In this document: piece by piece, positions 9,738-19,759 of the stretch | How the letters are laid out: every line of letters begins with the position of its first letter | Numbering within the stretch: position 1 is the stretch's first letter | Source: Terriglobia bacterium | GTDB taxonomy: Bacteria; Acidobacteriota; Polarisedimenticolia; Polarisedimenticolales; JAIQFR01 | Length of the DNA stretch: 64,000 bases | Direction of reading: 5' to 3' | Assembly: GCA_963748015.1 (NCBI GenBank) | Contig: CAVVHE010000008.1 | Location: 384,001-448,000 of the forward strand | Notes under the pieces: model-generated | Database searches by the model: none | Told to the model about the DNA's origin: nothing | Seen by the model: only the letters and a program-made list of their open reading frames with translations | Program-made: the position numbers and the translations under genes

Positions 9738-10442
9738 TCACCGGAAGCTCTGGACGAGTGAGCCGACGAGGAGATGCCAGCCGTCCACCATCACGAAGAG
9801 GAGGATCTTGAAGGGGAACGAGATCATCACGGGGGGCAGCATCATCATGCCCATCGAGAGGAGGACCGACGACACGACCAGGTCGATGACGAGGAAGGGC
9901 AGGAAGAGCAGGAAGCCGATCTGGAATCCCGTCTTCAGCTCGGAGATCAGGAACGCCGGCATCACGACGCGGAGCGGCACGTCGGCGCGGGTGGCGGGGC
10001 GGGGAATCTTCGCCAGACCCGCGAACAGCAGGAGGTCGCTCTCCCGCGTGTTCCGGAGCATCCAGTCCTTGACCGGCGCGAGACCCTGCTGGAGCGCCTG
10101 CTCGCCGGCGACCTGCCCCGACTGGTAGGGGACGACGGCTTCGTCGTACACGCGCTGCCCGACGGGGGACATGATGAAGAAGGTGAGCATCAGCGCGAGG
10201 CCCGCGAGGACCTGGTTCGGCGGGACCGTCTGCGTGCTGAGCGCCTGCCGGAGGAAGTGGAACACGATGATCAGCCGCACGAACGACGTGAACAGGATCA
10301 GCACCGAGGGGAGGATCGCCAGCACGGTCATCACGAGGGCCACCTTGACGACGGTGGACATCCCCGACGGCTGCGCGAGCTCGCCCAGGTTCACCGAGAG
10401 GCTGGGGGGGAGGGCGGCGGCGGGGACGAGGAGCGCGATCAC
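9738..10442 (-). CDS. fliP: Flagellar export protein FliP
   Basis: TSFVRLIIV, PPNQVL, PAFLISELKTGFQIG, GMMMLPP, LFVMVDGW; GTG start overlaps the fliO stop. Confidence 0.96.
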   Translation of the reverse strand: MIALLVPAAALPPSLSVNLGELAQPSGMSTVVKVALVMTVLAILPSVLILFTSFVRLIIVFHFLRQALSTQTVPPNQVLAGLALMLTFFIMSPVGQRVYDEAVVPYQSGQVAGEQALQQGLAPVKDWMLRNTRESDLLLFAGLAKIPRPATRADVPLRVVMPAFLISELKTGFQIGFLLFLPFLVIDLVVSSVLLSMGMMMLPPVMISFPFKILLFVMVDGWHLLVGSLVQSFR

Positions 10443-10789
10443 GACGCGGCTCCTCTCTCCGACGCCTCGGCGAGGACCGCCTTGAAGTCGCCCGCGCACG
10501 GAAGGCCGGTGTCGAGGTCGCGGAGCAGGCGCACGCCGTCGGCGGAGACGCCGAGCAGCAGGCGCTTCCCCTCGACACGGAGGATCGCGACGGAGGCGCC
10601 GCGGGTCAGCACCGCGCGGTCGAGCACCTCGAGCTGCCGCCGCGACGCGCGGGCGCCGCGATGCCAGCGGAGGACGGCCCAGGCGGCGGCGCCCATCAGC
10701 GCGAGGGCGGCGGCCATCCGGAGCGCCGCGCCGACGAGCGACGGGGCCGCGTCCGGCACCGCCGCGAGCGCGTCAACGGGCGGCGTCAT
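10439..10789 (-). CDS. fliO: Flagellar protein FliO
   Basis: Single TM helix then LEVLDR...VAILRVEGKRLLLGVS; between fliN and fliP. Confidence 0.8.
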   Translation of the reverse strand: MTPPVDALAAVPDAAPSLVGAALRMAAALALMGAAAWAVLRWHRGARASRRQLEVLDRAVLTRGASVAILRVEGKRLLLGVSADGVRLLRDLDTGLPCAGDFKAVLAEASERGAAS

Positions 10790-11054
10790 CGTCGTCCCCC
10801 GCCACGCCGACGAGCTTCAGCGCGATTCCCTTGCCCGACGCGACCGCGTCCACGCGCCCCAGCTCCACCCCGCCCGAGATCAGGTCGAAGGGCACGCCGA
10901 CCGGCCGGTCGAGGGCGATCACGTCTCCCGGCGCGAGCGAGGCGAGCCGCGCGGCCTTGCAGCGCGAGCGTCCCACGCGCACCCGGATCGGGATCGGCAC
11001 GGTCTCGAACCCCGCGTACTTGGACCCCGGATCGTCTGGACCTTGCTCGCTCAC
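10773..11054 (-). CDS. fliN: FliN-like (SpoA-family) motor switch protein
   Basis: VPIPIRVRVGR...LAPGDVIALDR...; canonical position before fliO; GGAGG RBS. Confidence 0.75.
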   Translation of the reverse strand: MSEQGPDDPGSKYAGFETVPIPIRVRVGRSRCKAARLASLAPGDVIALDRPVGVPFDLISGGVELGRVDAVASGKGIALKLVGVAGDDDDAAR

Positions 11055-11080
11055 GGATTGATCCTCCGAAGGGGGGCAAA

Positions 11081-11096
11081 AGCAACGCCCGTACCA
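11081..11096 (-). promoter_or_regulatory. sigma54 promoter for the fliN-O-P-Q-R-flhB-A-F-G-fliA-fliM operon
   Basis: Minus strand TGGTAC-GGGCG-TTGCT. Confidence 0.8.
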
Positions 11097-11234
11097 CGGA
11101 AGCCAATCCGCCTATCTGTTGCAATGGCTCGGGTTGGCCGGAGTGGCTCCGCCACGGGGCGCGCGGGGTGCCGGCGCGCCGACACCCGCGGGACCGGTCG
11201 ACCGGATTCTCGACGGGGGGCAGGGGGCTCGGAC

Positions 11235-11274
11235 AAAAGCAAAGGGCCCGGATCCCTGGGAGGGATCCGGGCCC
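11235..11274 (-). terminator. Intrinsic terminator after flgE
   Basis: Perfect 14-bp stem GGGCCCGGATCCCT/AGGGATCCGGGCCC, followed on the minus strand by TTTGCTTTT. Confidence 0.85.
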
Positions 11275-11295
11275 GCCGAGCACAGGGGTGGGAGG

Positions 11296-12606
11296 TTACC
11301 GCTTCAGGTTGAGGGCTTCCTGCATGATCTGGTCGGTGGTGGTGATGATCCGGCTGTTGGCCTGGTAGCCGCGCTCGCTGACGATCAGGTCGGTGAACTC
11401 CTGCGTGATGTCCACGTTCGAGAGCTCGAGGCTGTTCGCGGACAGCATGCCGCGGCCGCCGGAGTTCGCGCCGCCGATCGTGGCCGGGCCGGACGCGTTC
11501 GTCTCGAGGTAGGAGTTCATCCCGTTCTTGAGCAGTCCGTTCGGGTTGTTGAAGGTGGCGAGCGCGAAGCGCGCCATGTCGAGGGTGACGCCGTTCGTGA
11601 ACACGCCCGCCATCAGCCCGTCCTGGTCGATCGTGAGGGCGCGCAGCCGTCCGACGCCGTAACCGTTCTGGTTGGTGGACGAGGTCGCGGACGGCCCCGC
11701 GAAGCCCGTGATGGTCCCGGCGTTGGCGTCGTCGAAGAGGCGCCACTCGAAGGCCTGGCCGGCGGCGCCGTTCGTCCAAGCCGGCGTGTTGAGGGTCACG
11801 GCGCCGCTCGGCGAGGTGAGCTGACCGGCGGAGTCGAAGGTCACGGTGCCCGTTCCGATCTGGAACGGCGTCCCCGCGGTGCCGCCCGTGACGTCGTCGC
11901 CGGGGACGGTCGCCGTGTAGGTCCACTGGTCCCGGATGCCGTCGGCGTTGGTGTCCACGGGACGGAAGCTGAGCGTCACGTTGTGACGGGCGCCGAGCGA
12001 GTCGTAGACGGACATCGTGGTCGAGAACACCCCCGCCTCGTCCAGCGCGGTCGCCGGGTCGTCCACCGCCGCGTCGGCGCTGAGGTTGATCTGCGTGGAG
12101 ATGAAGCTCGTGGCCTGCGGCGGCGCGCCGAGTCCCACGGGGACCTGGATGTTGCCGATGCTTCCCGAGGTCACGATCTGGCCGTTGGCGTCGCGCTGCG
12201 TGTAGCCCTGGACGAACTGGCCGTTCGACGTCACCAGGTTGCCGTCCTTGTCGAAAGTGAAGTTCCCGGCTCGGGTGAGCGTCTGGGCGCCCGCCCGGTC
12301 GGCGAGGACGAAGAAGCCGTTCCCCTGGATCGCCACGTCGGTCACGAGGCCCGTGGTCTGGAGCGAGCCCTGGCCGAAGATCTGGTCGATCCCGGCGATC
12401 TGGGTTCCGAGGCCGACCTGCTGCGGGTTCCCGGCTCCGTTGACCCCGGCCCCGACGCCCGCCTGGCTGAAGATGTCCTGGAACGTGACCCGGCTGGCCT
12501 TGAATCCGACCGTGTTGACGTTGGCCAGGTTGTTGCCGATCACGCTCAAACGACCCGCGTTGGCCTGAAGTCCCGAAAGCCCGGCGTAGAAGGAGCTGAA
12601 TGCCAT
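11296..12606 (-). CDS. flgE: Flagellar hook protein FlgE
   Basis: GLSGL...IGNNLANVNTVGFK; LTRAGNF; LELSNVDITQEF...ERGYQANSRII. Confidence 0.96.
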   Translation of the reverse strand: MAFSSFYAGLSGLQANAGRLSVIGNNLANVNTVGFKASRVTFQDIFSQAGVGAGVNGAGNPQQVGLGTQIAGIDQIFGQGSLQTTGLVTDVAIQGNGFFVLADRAGAQTLTRAGNFTFDKDGNLVTSNGQFVQGYTQRDANGQIVTSGSIGNIQVPVGLGAPPQATSFISTQINLSADAAVDDPATALDEAGVFSTTMSVYDSLGARHNVTLSFRPVDTNADGIRDQWTYTATVPGDDVTGGTAGTPFQIGTGTVTFDSAGQLTSPSGAVTLNTPAWTNGAAGQAFEWRLFDDANAGTITGFAGPSATSSTNQNGYGVGRLRALTIDQDGLMAGVFTNGVTLDMARFALATFNNPNGLLKNGMNSYLETNASGPATIGGANSGGRGMLSANSLELSNVDITQEFTDLIVSERGYQANSRIITTTDQIMQEALNLKR

Positions 12607-12627
12607 GACGTACCTCCCGATGCGCGG

Positions 12628-13320
12628 CTACGAGCGGCCCGCGCGGATTTCGATGATGGAATCGAAGGGAATCTCTTGACCGGCGGAGATGAGGGAGATC
12701 CCGTTTCCGCCGAAGTTCACGCCGTCGATCGAGAGGGAACGGAAGAGCTGGACCGTCATCGGCTGCCCCTGGGCGTCGGTCGCCCGCACCTCGATCCGGT
12801 ATTCGCCGTCCGCCAGCTTGTTCCCCGCCGAGTCGGTCCCGTCCCAGCTCAGGGTGGTGCGTCCCGTCGCGGAGCGGTCCAGCTCGATCACGCGGACCGG
12901 CGTGCCGTCCGCCTTGTAGACGGTCAGCGTCGCCTCGTTGGCCGCGCCCGGCAGCGAGTACACGATCGTGTCCGGCTTGCCCTGGTGGATACGGATCGAG
13001 TCACCGCCCTGCACGAGCGCTTCCTTGCCGATCAGTCCCAGCGCCTGAGCGTTGATGAGGTTGGCCTGGCCCATCGCGAGCCCCTGGAGGTTGCCGTTCA
13101 CGTCCATGAGCTGCTCGAGGCTCGAGAACGTCGCCATCTGCGCCACGAACTCCTTGTCGTCCGCCGGTGCCAGGGGATCCTGGTTCTGGAGCTGGGCGAC
13201 GAGCAGCTTCAGGAACTCGTCCTTTCCCAGGGTCCGGGGCTTCGCGTTGCGCGCGGCGTCGGCTGCTTGCGCGGCGCTCGCGGCGCTCGTTACGGGATCG
13301 GTGACGGGTGCGGTTTCCAT
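12628..13320 (-). CDS. flgD: Hook capping protein FlgD
   Basis: FLKLLVAQLQNQDPL...FVAQMATFSSLEQ; WDGTD...G.Y Ig domain. Confidence 0.96.
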   Translation of the reverse strand: METAPVTDPVTSAASAAQAADAARNAKPRTLGKDEFLKLLVAQLQNQDPLAPADDKEFVAQMATFSSLEQLMDVNGNLQGLAMGQANLINAQALGLIGKEALVQGGDSIRIHQGKPDTIVYSLPGAANEATLTVYKADGTPVRVIELDRSATGRTTLSWDGTDSAGNKLADGEYRIEVRATDAQGQPMTVQLFRSLSIDGVNFGGNGISLISAGQEIPFDSIIEIRAGRS

Positions 13321-13368
13321 CTTCGCTGTCTCCGCGCGCTCGGATTCATCGCGCGCAGCCGTGTATCA

Positions 13369-13384
13369 AGCAGGGTGCGTGCCA
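13369..13384 (-). promoter_or_regulatory. sigma54 promoter for flgDE
   Basis: Minus strand TGGCAC-GCACC-CTGCT. Confidence 0.8.
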
Positions 13385-13497
13385 GCAGGAAAAGCGACCG
13401 ATCGCCATGAAATTCGCCGCCGCGCGCGGCCCGAGCGGCAATTCCTTACCGTGAGCGGCACGAGCCCGCCGCCCCTGCAGGAAGCGCGGGGGGGAGA

Positions 13498-15606
13498 TCA
13501 AACGGTGCGGTCGAGGCGGGACGAGGACGGGGAGCGGAGCGCTGCGACGCGCTCGGTCTCCTGCCGGAAGGAGTTCCAGCGTCTCGAGGGCGCGGCGTCG
13601 TCGGATTCGCCGGCCTGCCCGTGCCGCGCCTCTCCGGCGCCTGGGTCCCTCGAGAAGTCGAGACCGAGCGTGATCTCGGGCTTCCTGAAGCCGGCATCGT
13701 GGAGGTCGGCGGTGAGGCGGGCGAGACCCGGCGCCAGCGCGTCCACCGACGCGCGGGAGGCCGCCACGATCTCGATCCTCACGTGTTGCCCGCGCGTCTC
13801 GATCCGGATGCGCACCGGCCCCAGGTCCGCCGGCTCTAGCGCGAAGCGGACCTGGATCGAGCCGTTCTCGGGCAGCGCGCGGGCGCGGGCGACGATCGCC
13901 TCCGCGAGGCCGTCGTGCCGCAAGGCCACCACGTCGGCGGCGGGCGCGGCGGCCGCGTTCTGCGGCGCGAGCTGGGCCGCGGGCGCCGCGGCCGGCATGC
14001 CGGCGGAGGCGCGGAGCGATTCGACGGCCGCCGAGGACTTCGCCCGGGCCTCTCCGCGGGCACCGTCGTCGTGCGCCGCCGGTCCGACCGGCTCCTCCGC
14101 GGCGCGGACCGCCGGAGCGGAGCCCTCGCGCGGCGCCGCCGCGCGGGGTTGACCGTTCCGCGACGCCACGGCCGGGGCCGGTTCGTCGAGCACCGGCGGT
14201 GCCACCGTGGCCGGCGTCAGCGTGGCCCGGCGCGAGGCGTGCGCGATCAGCGCCGACTCGACCGCGCGCCCCGCCTCGTGGACCCGTCCTCGTTCCGCCT
14301 CGACCTGTTCCCTCGCCGTCGCGAGCCTCGAATCGTCGAACCGGTGGAGGAAGGATTCGCGCTTTCCGCCGCCGGCATCTCCGTGCCGCGTACTGCCGTC
14401 CAACTCGCGGCGCTCCGCGGCGGCGGGGTCGCGAGATACGGCGGCGGGGTCGTGCATGGCGCGGGGCTCGGAGGGGCCGGCTTCGGAGACGGCTCGATGC
14501 GCGAACGGGAGGTGTTCCACGGGCTTCTCGGGGAAGACGGACCCAGCGTGCTTCCCCAGCGCGGCAGCGACGGACGCTTCGGCGAACGCCGCGGTCGCCG
14601 GGGTGCCGTTCATCGGCGCGCGAACCGCTTCGGCGGACGGCTCCGTGGCCACCCTCGACTTCGCGGGAGCATCCGCCGGCGCGCGAACCGCAGCGGTGGC
14701 GGGTTCCGCAGTCGAATTCTCGGTCGCGGGGACGGCGTTCGCCGGGGCCACGGCGGGCGTGAAGACCGTGGCGCGCGCGGGAGCCCTGTCGGCGGGGAGG
14801 TCGTGCGTCGAGGCCGCCGTCGTCGCCGCCAAAGCGTGCTTCGGCGCGGGGTGTTCCGCGGAGGCGACCGCGGCCCCGCTCTCCGGCCCGACGGATACCG
14901 CGGCGCTCGGCGAGCCAGATCGGCCCGGCTCCGCATGGGCTGCGCCCGCCGGGCGCTCCGCCGCGCCGGAGCTCGTCCCCGGCAACTCCGGAGCCGGTTT
15001 CATGCCCTGACCGGCCGCGACCGCGACGCCGCGCGGCGCCGCAGGAAGCGCTTCGTGCACCGCCCGTGGGGCGGCCGCGACGTGCGGAGACCGGACCGTG
15101 GGCGGCTCGGCCACGGTCGCTCGGGGCGCATGGGTCTCCCCGACCGCGCCGTCCGTGACGGCCGCCGAGTTCACCCGAAGAGGAGCGTTTCTCGCGGCGG
15201 GATGGAGAATGCCGCCGCTTCGCGCGGCGGGCGTCTCGCCGTGCGCCGTGTCCTGCGAGACCGCCGCCCGCGCCGTCGCGTCGTGCCGCGCGGCCGCTCC
15301 GGACGTCGCCGTCTTGGAAGGACCCTCGGCCGGGCCGCCGAAAGCGACGGCGGGCACGGGCGCACCGTGAGCTCGCACGGAAGGGCGGGCGATGAGGCCG
15401 CCCACGTCCGCGCCGGGCGGCCGCGCCGCGGCCGGGAGTTGGGCTTCGGGCGTCTTCACGCCGACGGCGGGCAGCAGCGCGGCGTCGAGTGCCGAGTGCC
15501 AGACCTTCGAGCGGGAGGAGCCGCGGCGGGTGCGGGCAGGCGGGCCCGCCGGTCCGGCGGTCTCCGCCGCCTGCGCCGAGGGGGCAATGGGGGTCTTTTG
15601 CGCCAT
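13498..15606 (-). CDS. fliK: Hook-length control protein FliK (long, Ala/Pro-rich)
   Basis: C-terminal ALEPADLGPVRIRI...VRIEIVA motif; precedes flgD; start MAQKTP chosen because a sigma54 promoter lies at 15634-15649. Confidence 0.75.
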   Translation of the reverse strand: MAQKTPIAPSAQAAETAGPAGPPARTRRGSSRSKVWHSALDAALLPAVGVKTPEAQLPAAARPPGADVGGLIARPSVRAHGAPVPAVAFGGPAEGPSKTATSGAAARHDATARAAVSQDTAHGETPAARSGGILHPAARNAPLRVNSAAVTDGAVGETHAPRATVAEPPTVRSPHVAAAPRAVHEALPAAPRGVAVAAGQGMKPAPELPGTSSGAAERPAGAAHAEPGRSGSPSAAVSVGPESGAAVASAEHPAPKHALAATTAASTHDLPADRAPARATVFTPAVAPANAVPATENSTAEPATAAVRAPADAPAKSRVATEPSAEAVRAPMNGTPATAAFAEASVAAALGKHAGSVFPEKPVEHLPFAHRAVSEAGPSEPRAMHDPAAVSRDPAAAERRELDGSTRHGDAGGGKRESFLHRFDDSRLATAREQVEAERGRVHEAGRAVESALIAHASRRATLTPATVAPPVLDEPAPAVASRNGQPRAAAPREGSAPAVRAAEEPVGPAAHDDGARGEARAKSSAAVESLRASAGMPAAAPAAQLAPQNAAAAPAADVVALRHDGLAEAIVARARALPENGSIQVRFALEPADLGPVRIRIETRGQHVRIEIVAASRASVDALAPGLARLTADLHDAGFRKPEITLGLDFSRDPGAGEARHGQAGESDDAAPSRRWNSFRQETERVAALRSPSSSRLDRTV

Positions 15607-15633
15607 GTCCACCGCGTCTCCGCGGCGGATCCA

Positions 15634-15649
15634 AGCAGGGGACGTGCCA
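15634..15649 (-). promoter_or_regulatory. sigma54 promoter for fliK
   Basis: Minus strand TGGCAC-GTCCC-CTGCT. Confidence 0.78.
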
Positions 15650-15696
15650 GGGAAAAAGCGCATCCCGGCGCGCGGCACTCCCGCGCGGCGGTCAGA

Positions 15697-16350
15697 CTAG
15701 CGGCCGGATCGTGCCGCCGGCTCCGCCGGATTGCCGCTCCGCCTCCAGATCTCGTAGGAGAGGTCGGCGGCGAGGCCGGCGTTGTTCTGCGTGACCGCGT
15801 CGAGGATCGCGCCGGAGGTCCTCGGCTTCCAACCCATCAGGAGATCGATCACCACTTCCTTGTCCCGGGCGGCCAGCGCGACGAGCGCCTTCGCGGCCGA
15901 CTCGGGCTCCATGCTCTCGTAGGCGCGCTGGAGCCGCACGAACGCCTGGTTCTTCGCCGCCCCCGTCGCGGCCTTGGGCTCGGACGCGATCGGCGGGGCG
16001 GCGTCGGCGCCGACGGTCCCCGGAATCGCGGCTGCGGTCTCGTCCCCGGCGGCGGGCAGGACCGGCGAATCGGGCAGCATGGGGCCCGGCGTGGCGGCGG
16101 CTGCGATCTGCTCCTCGGCCGGCGGCGGCTCCGGGACCTTCGACTCGGCCCGCGGCTGGACCGGCAAGGGCGCGGGAGTCGTCGCCGCGCTCGCTTGCGC
16201 CGCCGGCGAGGCCGGCTCGGCCTTCGCGGAGGGCGGCATCACGGCGGTCGCCGCCGACGTCCCGAGCAGAGCGCTCCCCAGGACCAGCAGGGCGACGACG
16301 GCATCGGCCGCCAGGACCAGGACGACGAACCAACGAACCGCGCTTCGCAT
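15697..16350 (-). CDS. MotE/MgtE-N-like flagellar protein
   Basis: N-terminal TM helix, Pro/Ala linker, YESMEPESAAKAL...KPRTSGAIL; directly after fliJ. Confidence 0.7.
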   Translation of the reverse strand: MRSAVRWFVVLVLAADAVVALLVLGSALLGTSAATAVMPPSAKAEPASPAAQASAATTPAPLPVQPRAESKVPEPPPAEEQIAAAATPGPMLPDSPVLPAAGDETAAAIPGTVGADAAPPIASEPKAATGAAKNQAFVRLQRAYESMEPESAAKALVALAARDKEVVIDLLMGWKPRTSGAILDAVTQNNAGLAADLSYEIWRRSGNPAEPAARSGR

Positions 16351-16352
16351 CC

Positions 16353-16808
16353 TCACGCCTCCTCGTCCGCCTGCCCGCGGCCGGTCCGCAGGAGATGGAC
16401 CTCGTCAAGGAACTTCTGCTCCGCCCTCGTCGCCTCCTCGAACCAACTCTGCCGCCTCCGCGCATGCAGCCGCTCGAGGACGCGATGCGCCCGCGCGGCG
16501 GAGGCGTGGGCGCGCTCGGCCTCGCGGGCCAGGTCGAAGGCGGCCAATTCACGCCGGGCCGCCTCGAGCGCCATGCGGCGCCGGTCCTCGCGCCAGGCCG
16601 CGAAGGCCCGGAGCGAAGCCGGATCCGAGGCGAGCTCCTCCGGGACGCCCGCGGCGACGGCGTTCTCGTAAACGCGCTCCAGCCCCTCGCGCTCGGACTG
16701 GCGCTCGAATGCCTCCGCGATCGCGATGGCGAGCGCGGCGTGCGCCTCGCGCCTCTCGGCCGAGCGGAGCCGCTCGACCCGCTCCAGACGGAACGCGAAC
16801 TTCCTCAT
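16353..16808 (-). CDS. fliJ: Flagellar export protein FliJ
   Basis: MRKFAFRLERVERLR...EQKFLDE coiled coil; ATG overlaps the fliI stop. Confidence 0.85.
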   Translation of the reverse strand: MRKFAFRLERVERLRSAERREAHAALAIAIAEAFERQSEREGLERVYENAVAAGVPEELASDPASLRAFAAWREDRRRMALEAARRELAAFDLAREAERAHASAARAHRVLERLHARRRQSWFEEATRAEQKFLDEVHLLRTGRGQADEEA

Positions 16809-18145
16809 GCGGCGGCCTCGCGGCCGGCCTCGACCGCGCGCGTGAGCCGGGCGACCGTCTCGGCGAGGTCGGACCCGTCCTCCTTGCGCTGGACCAGGAG
16901 CGCGCGGATCTCGTCCCGCGACCGCAGGGCGGCGTCCACCTCGGCGCTCGCCCCCTTCTTGTAAGCGCCCAGGAGCACCAGGTCCTCGGCGTCTTTGAGC
17001 GCCGCGAGCCGGGCGCGCAGGTCGCGCGCCATCGCCATGTGCTCCCCCGTGGCGACGTGCGGCATGAGCCTGCTGAGGCTCGCCAGGATGTCCACCGCGG
17101 GGTAGTGCCCGCGTCCCGCGAGCTCGCGCGTGAGGATGATGTGGCCGTCGAGCAGGCTGCGCGCCGCGTCGGCCACCGGGTCGTTCAGGTCGTCCCCCTC
17201 GACGTACACCGAGTACAGGCCGGTGATGCTCCCGCCTTCCCGCAGCGCCCCCGCCCTCTCCAGCATCCTCGGAAGGAGGCTGAAAACCGACGGCGGGTAC
17301 CCCTTGGTGGAGGGCGGCTCGCCCATGGAGAGGCCGACCTCGCGCTGCGCCATCGCGACGCGCGTGACCGAGTCCATCACGAGCACGACGTGATGGCCGC
17401 GATCGCGGAAGTACTCGGCCGCGGCCGTCGCCGCCAGCGCCGCGCGGATGCGCCGCATCGGCGGCTCGTCGGACGTCGCGACGAAGGCCACGGCGTGCTT
17501 CAGCCCTTCGGGGCCGAGATCCTCCTCGATGAAGTCCCTGACCTCGCGGCCGCGCTCGCCGACCAGCGCGATGACCGCGACGTCGGCGCGGGCGTGGCGC
17601 GCGATCATCCCGAGCAGCACGCTCTTTCCGACGCCGCTGCCCGCGAAGATCCCCAGGCGCTGGCCGCGCCCGAGCGTCGCGAAGGCGTCGATCGAGCGGA
17701 CCCCCGTGACGAACGGCTCGTGGATCCGCTCGCGCTCCATGGCGGGAGGCGCCGCGGTCTCGAGCGGGTAGAGCGCCTCGGGGGCCGCGAGCGGACGCCC
17801 GTCGAGCGGGCGCCCGTCGGCGTCGAGAACGCGGCCGAGCAGGTGCTCGCCCACGCCCACCGTCGGCCGGCGGCCGAGCGCGACGACTCGCGCTCCGACG
17901 GCCAGGCCGTGCAGCCGGTCCACCGGCATGGTGAACACGCGATTGCCCGAGAAACCCACCACCTGGGCCCGAGACAGCGGCGCGCCGTCGCCGCCGAGGA
18001 GCAGGCACTCCTCGCCGACGGCGCACGCGGGCCCCTGCGACTCCACGGCGAGCCCGACGACGCGAAGCACCACGCCTTCCGAGCGGATCGCCTGCGCGCG
18101 GCGGATCCGCCCCGGCGCACCGCGCAGGTCCACCGCGGCGGCCAT
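16805..18145 (-). CDS. fliI: Flagellar export ATPase FliI
   Basis: FAGSGVGKS, GERGREV, MDSVTR, GEPP..KGYPPS, LDGHIIL, LGAY. Confidence 0.97.
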   Translation of the reverse strand: MAAAVDLRGAPGRIRRAQAIRSEGVVLRVVGLAVESQGPACAVGEECLLLGGDGAPLSRAQVVGFSGNRVFTMPVDRLHGLAVGARVVALGRRPTVGVGEHLLGRVLDADGRPLDGRPLAAPEALYPLETAAPPAMERERIHEPFVTGVRSIDAFATLGRGQRLGIFAGSGVGKSVLLGMIARHARADVAVIALVGERGREVRDFIEEDLGPEGLKHAVAFVATSDEPPMRRIRAALAATAAAEYFRDRGHHVVLVMDSVTRVAMAQREVGLSMGEPPSTKGYPPSVFSLLPRMLERAGALREGGSITGLYSVYVEGDDLNDPVADAARSLLDGHIILTRELAGRGHYPAVDILASLSRLMPHVATGEHMAMARDLRARLAALKDAEDLVLLGAYKKGASAEVDAALRSRDEIRALLVQRKEDGSDLAETVARLTRAVEAGREAAA

Positions 18146-18741
18146 CAGCTCCGCTCCGCCGTGCCGAGCGCCGAGGAGCGCACCGCGTCGGCCGCGGTCT
18201 CGATCGTGGCGTCCACCGTGCCGACCGAGCTCTCCACCACGCAGCCGCCGGGAGATACGGTGTCGTCGCCGACGAGCTCGATCCGCCCGCGCTCCATCTC
18301 GGCGGCCAGCTCGCGCGCCAGGACGGGAAGCTCTCCCGGGTTGACGCGCACCTTCGCGCCGGCGGCCGCCGGGAGCGCGTCCGTCGCCTCGCGGACGGCC
18401 CGGACGACGATCGGGTCGGAGGCCAGGAGCCGCGCGCGGACGATCTTGGATGCGGCCTCGAGGGCGATCTCGAGGAGCAGCGATTCGTGCTGGCGCGTCA
18501 GCGAGTCCTCGAGGTCGGCCAGGCGCTTCAGCGACGCCGCTGCCTCGATGCCGAAGCCGAGCCTCTCGGCCAGGCCCTCGGCGAGCGCTTCGCGATACCC
18601 TTCGGCCCGCCCTTCCTCGCGCGCGCGGGCGGCCGCGGCCTCGACGGGATCCACCGGAAGCGCCGGGGGGATCTCCGTGAACGGGCGCGCCGCGTGCTCG
18701 GCGCGCGCGAGGATCCGCGGCGGCCGCGCGCGATCAGGCAT
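18145..18741 (-). CDS. fliH: Flagellar assembly protein FliH
   Basis: AREEGRAEGY AxxxG repeats; VRVNP; GGCVVESSVGTVDA. Confidence 0.88.
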   Translation of the reverse strand: MPDRARPPRILARAEHAARPFTEIPPALPVDPVEAAAARAREEGRAEGYREALAEGLAERLGFGIEAAASLKRLADLEDSLTRQHESLLLEIALEAASKIVRARLLASDPIVVRAVREATDALPAAAGAKVRVNPGELPVLARELAAEMERGRIELVGDDTVSPGGCVVESSVGTVDATIETAADAVRSSALGTAERS

Positions 18742-19756
18742 TACCGTCCCCGCCGTCGGGCTCCGCGAAGGAAAGGCGTCCCTCGTCCTCGAGCTTGAGC
18801 GCCGCGGCGACGATCTCGTTCTGCGCCGCGCGCTTCTCGTCCGGCCGGACGGTCGAGAGGAAATCGATCTCGTCCTTGAGGATGCCGGCCGCGCGCTCCG
18901 AGAGGTTCTTCGTGATCTTCTGCAGCATCTCGTCCGTCTCGCCGTGCAGCGCCAGCGAGAGGGACTTGGTCTCCACCTGCCGGAGCAGCTCCTGGATCCC
19001 TCGGTCGTCGGCCGCGAGCAGGCTCTCGAAGGTGAACACTCGGTCCTTGAGAGCCGCCGCGCGCTCCGGGTCCTGCAGCTCGAGCGCCTCGAGCAGGCGG
19101 CGGGTCGCGCCGCGGCCGAGGCTCGAAAGCACCGACGCCGTCCGCTCGATGCCGTCGGCCTCGCCGGCCTCGCTCTCCTCCGGTGCCGCGTTGTCGAGCC
19201 GCTCCTTCAGCGAGGTGGCCACCTCGCCCAGCAGGTCGCCCCGCACCCGCCGCATGGTCGCCATGCGGAGCACCGTCTCGGAGCGGACGGACTCGGGCAG
19301 CGCCGCCAGCGTGCGGGCCGCGCGAGCCGGGGGGAGGTTCAGGAGGATGAGCGCCGACGTCTGGGGGTGCTCCTCCGCGAGGGCCCGCGCCAGGACGGCG
19401 GGCTCGGCCTCGAGCACGGGCTCGAGCGCCTTCGACGCCCGCTCCGCCGGGCGGCCGAGCATCCCATCGAGCCGCTCCGGGGAAGCCTCTACGCGGGAGA
19501 GGATGCGCCGCGCGAGGTCGGGCCCTCCCTGCTCCTGCTCCGGACGGGTCGCGTCCACGAAGTACTCCTGCAGGACCTTCGTCGCGACGACCGGCTCGAT
19601 GGTCCCGAGCCCCGCGATCTCCCGCCCGACCTTCGAGACCTGGTCGGGAGTGAGGTGCTTGAGGAGCTTCGCGGCCGTGTCCTCGCCGAGGAGCACGAAC
19701 AGGATGGCGGCCTTCCGCGGGCCGGCCAGATCGGCGGCGGGCGACGTCTCGATCAT
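18734..19756 (-). CDS. fliG: Flagellar motor switch protein FliG
   Basis: KAAILFVLLG, EHPQT, FTFE, NLSERAA...DEI. Confidence 0.95.
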   Translation of the reverse strand: MIETSPAADLAGPRKAAILFVLLGEDTAAKLLKHLTPDQVSKVGREIAGLGTIEPVVATKVLQEYFVDATRPEQEQGGPDLARRILSRVEASPERLDGMLGRPAERASKALEPVLEAEPAVLARALAEEHPQTSALILLNLPPARAARTLAALPESVRSETVLRMATMRRVRGDLLGEVATSLKERLDNAAPEESEAGEADGIERTASVLSSLGRGATRRLLEALELQDPERAAALKDRVFTFESLLAADDRGIQELLRQVETKSLSLALHGETDEMLQKITKNLSERAAGILKDEIDFLSTVRPDEKRAAQNEIVAAALKLEDEGRLSFAEPDGGDGNA

Positions 19757-19759
19757 GGA

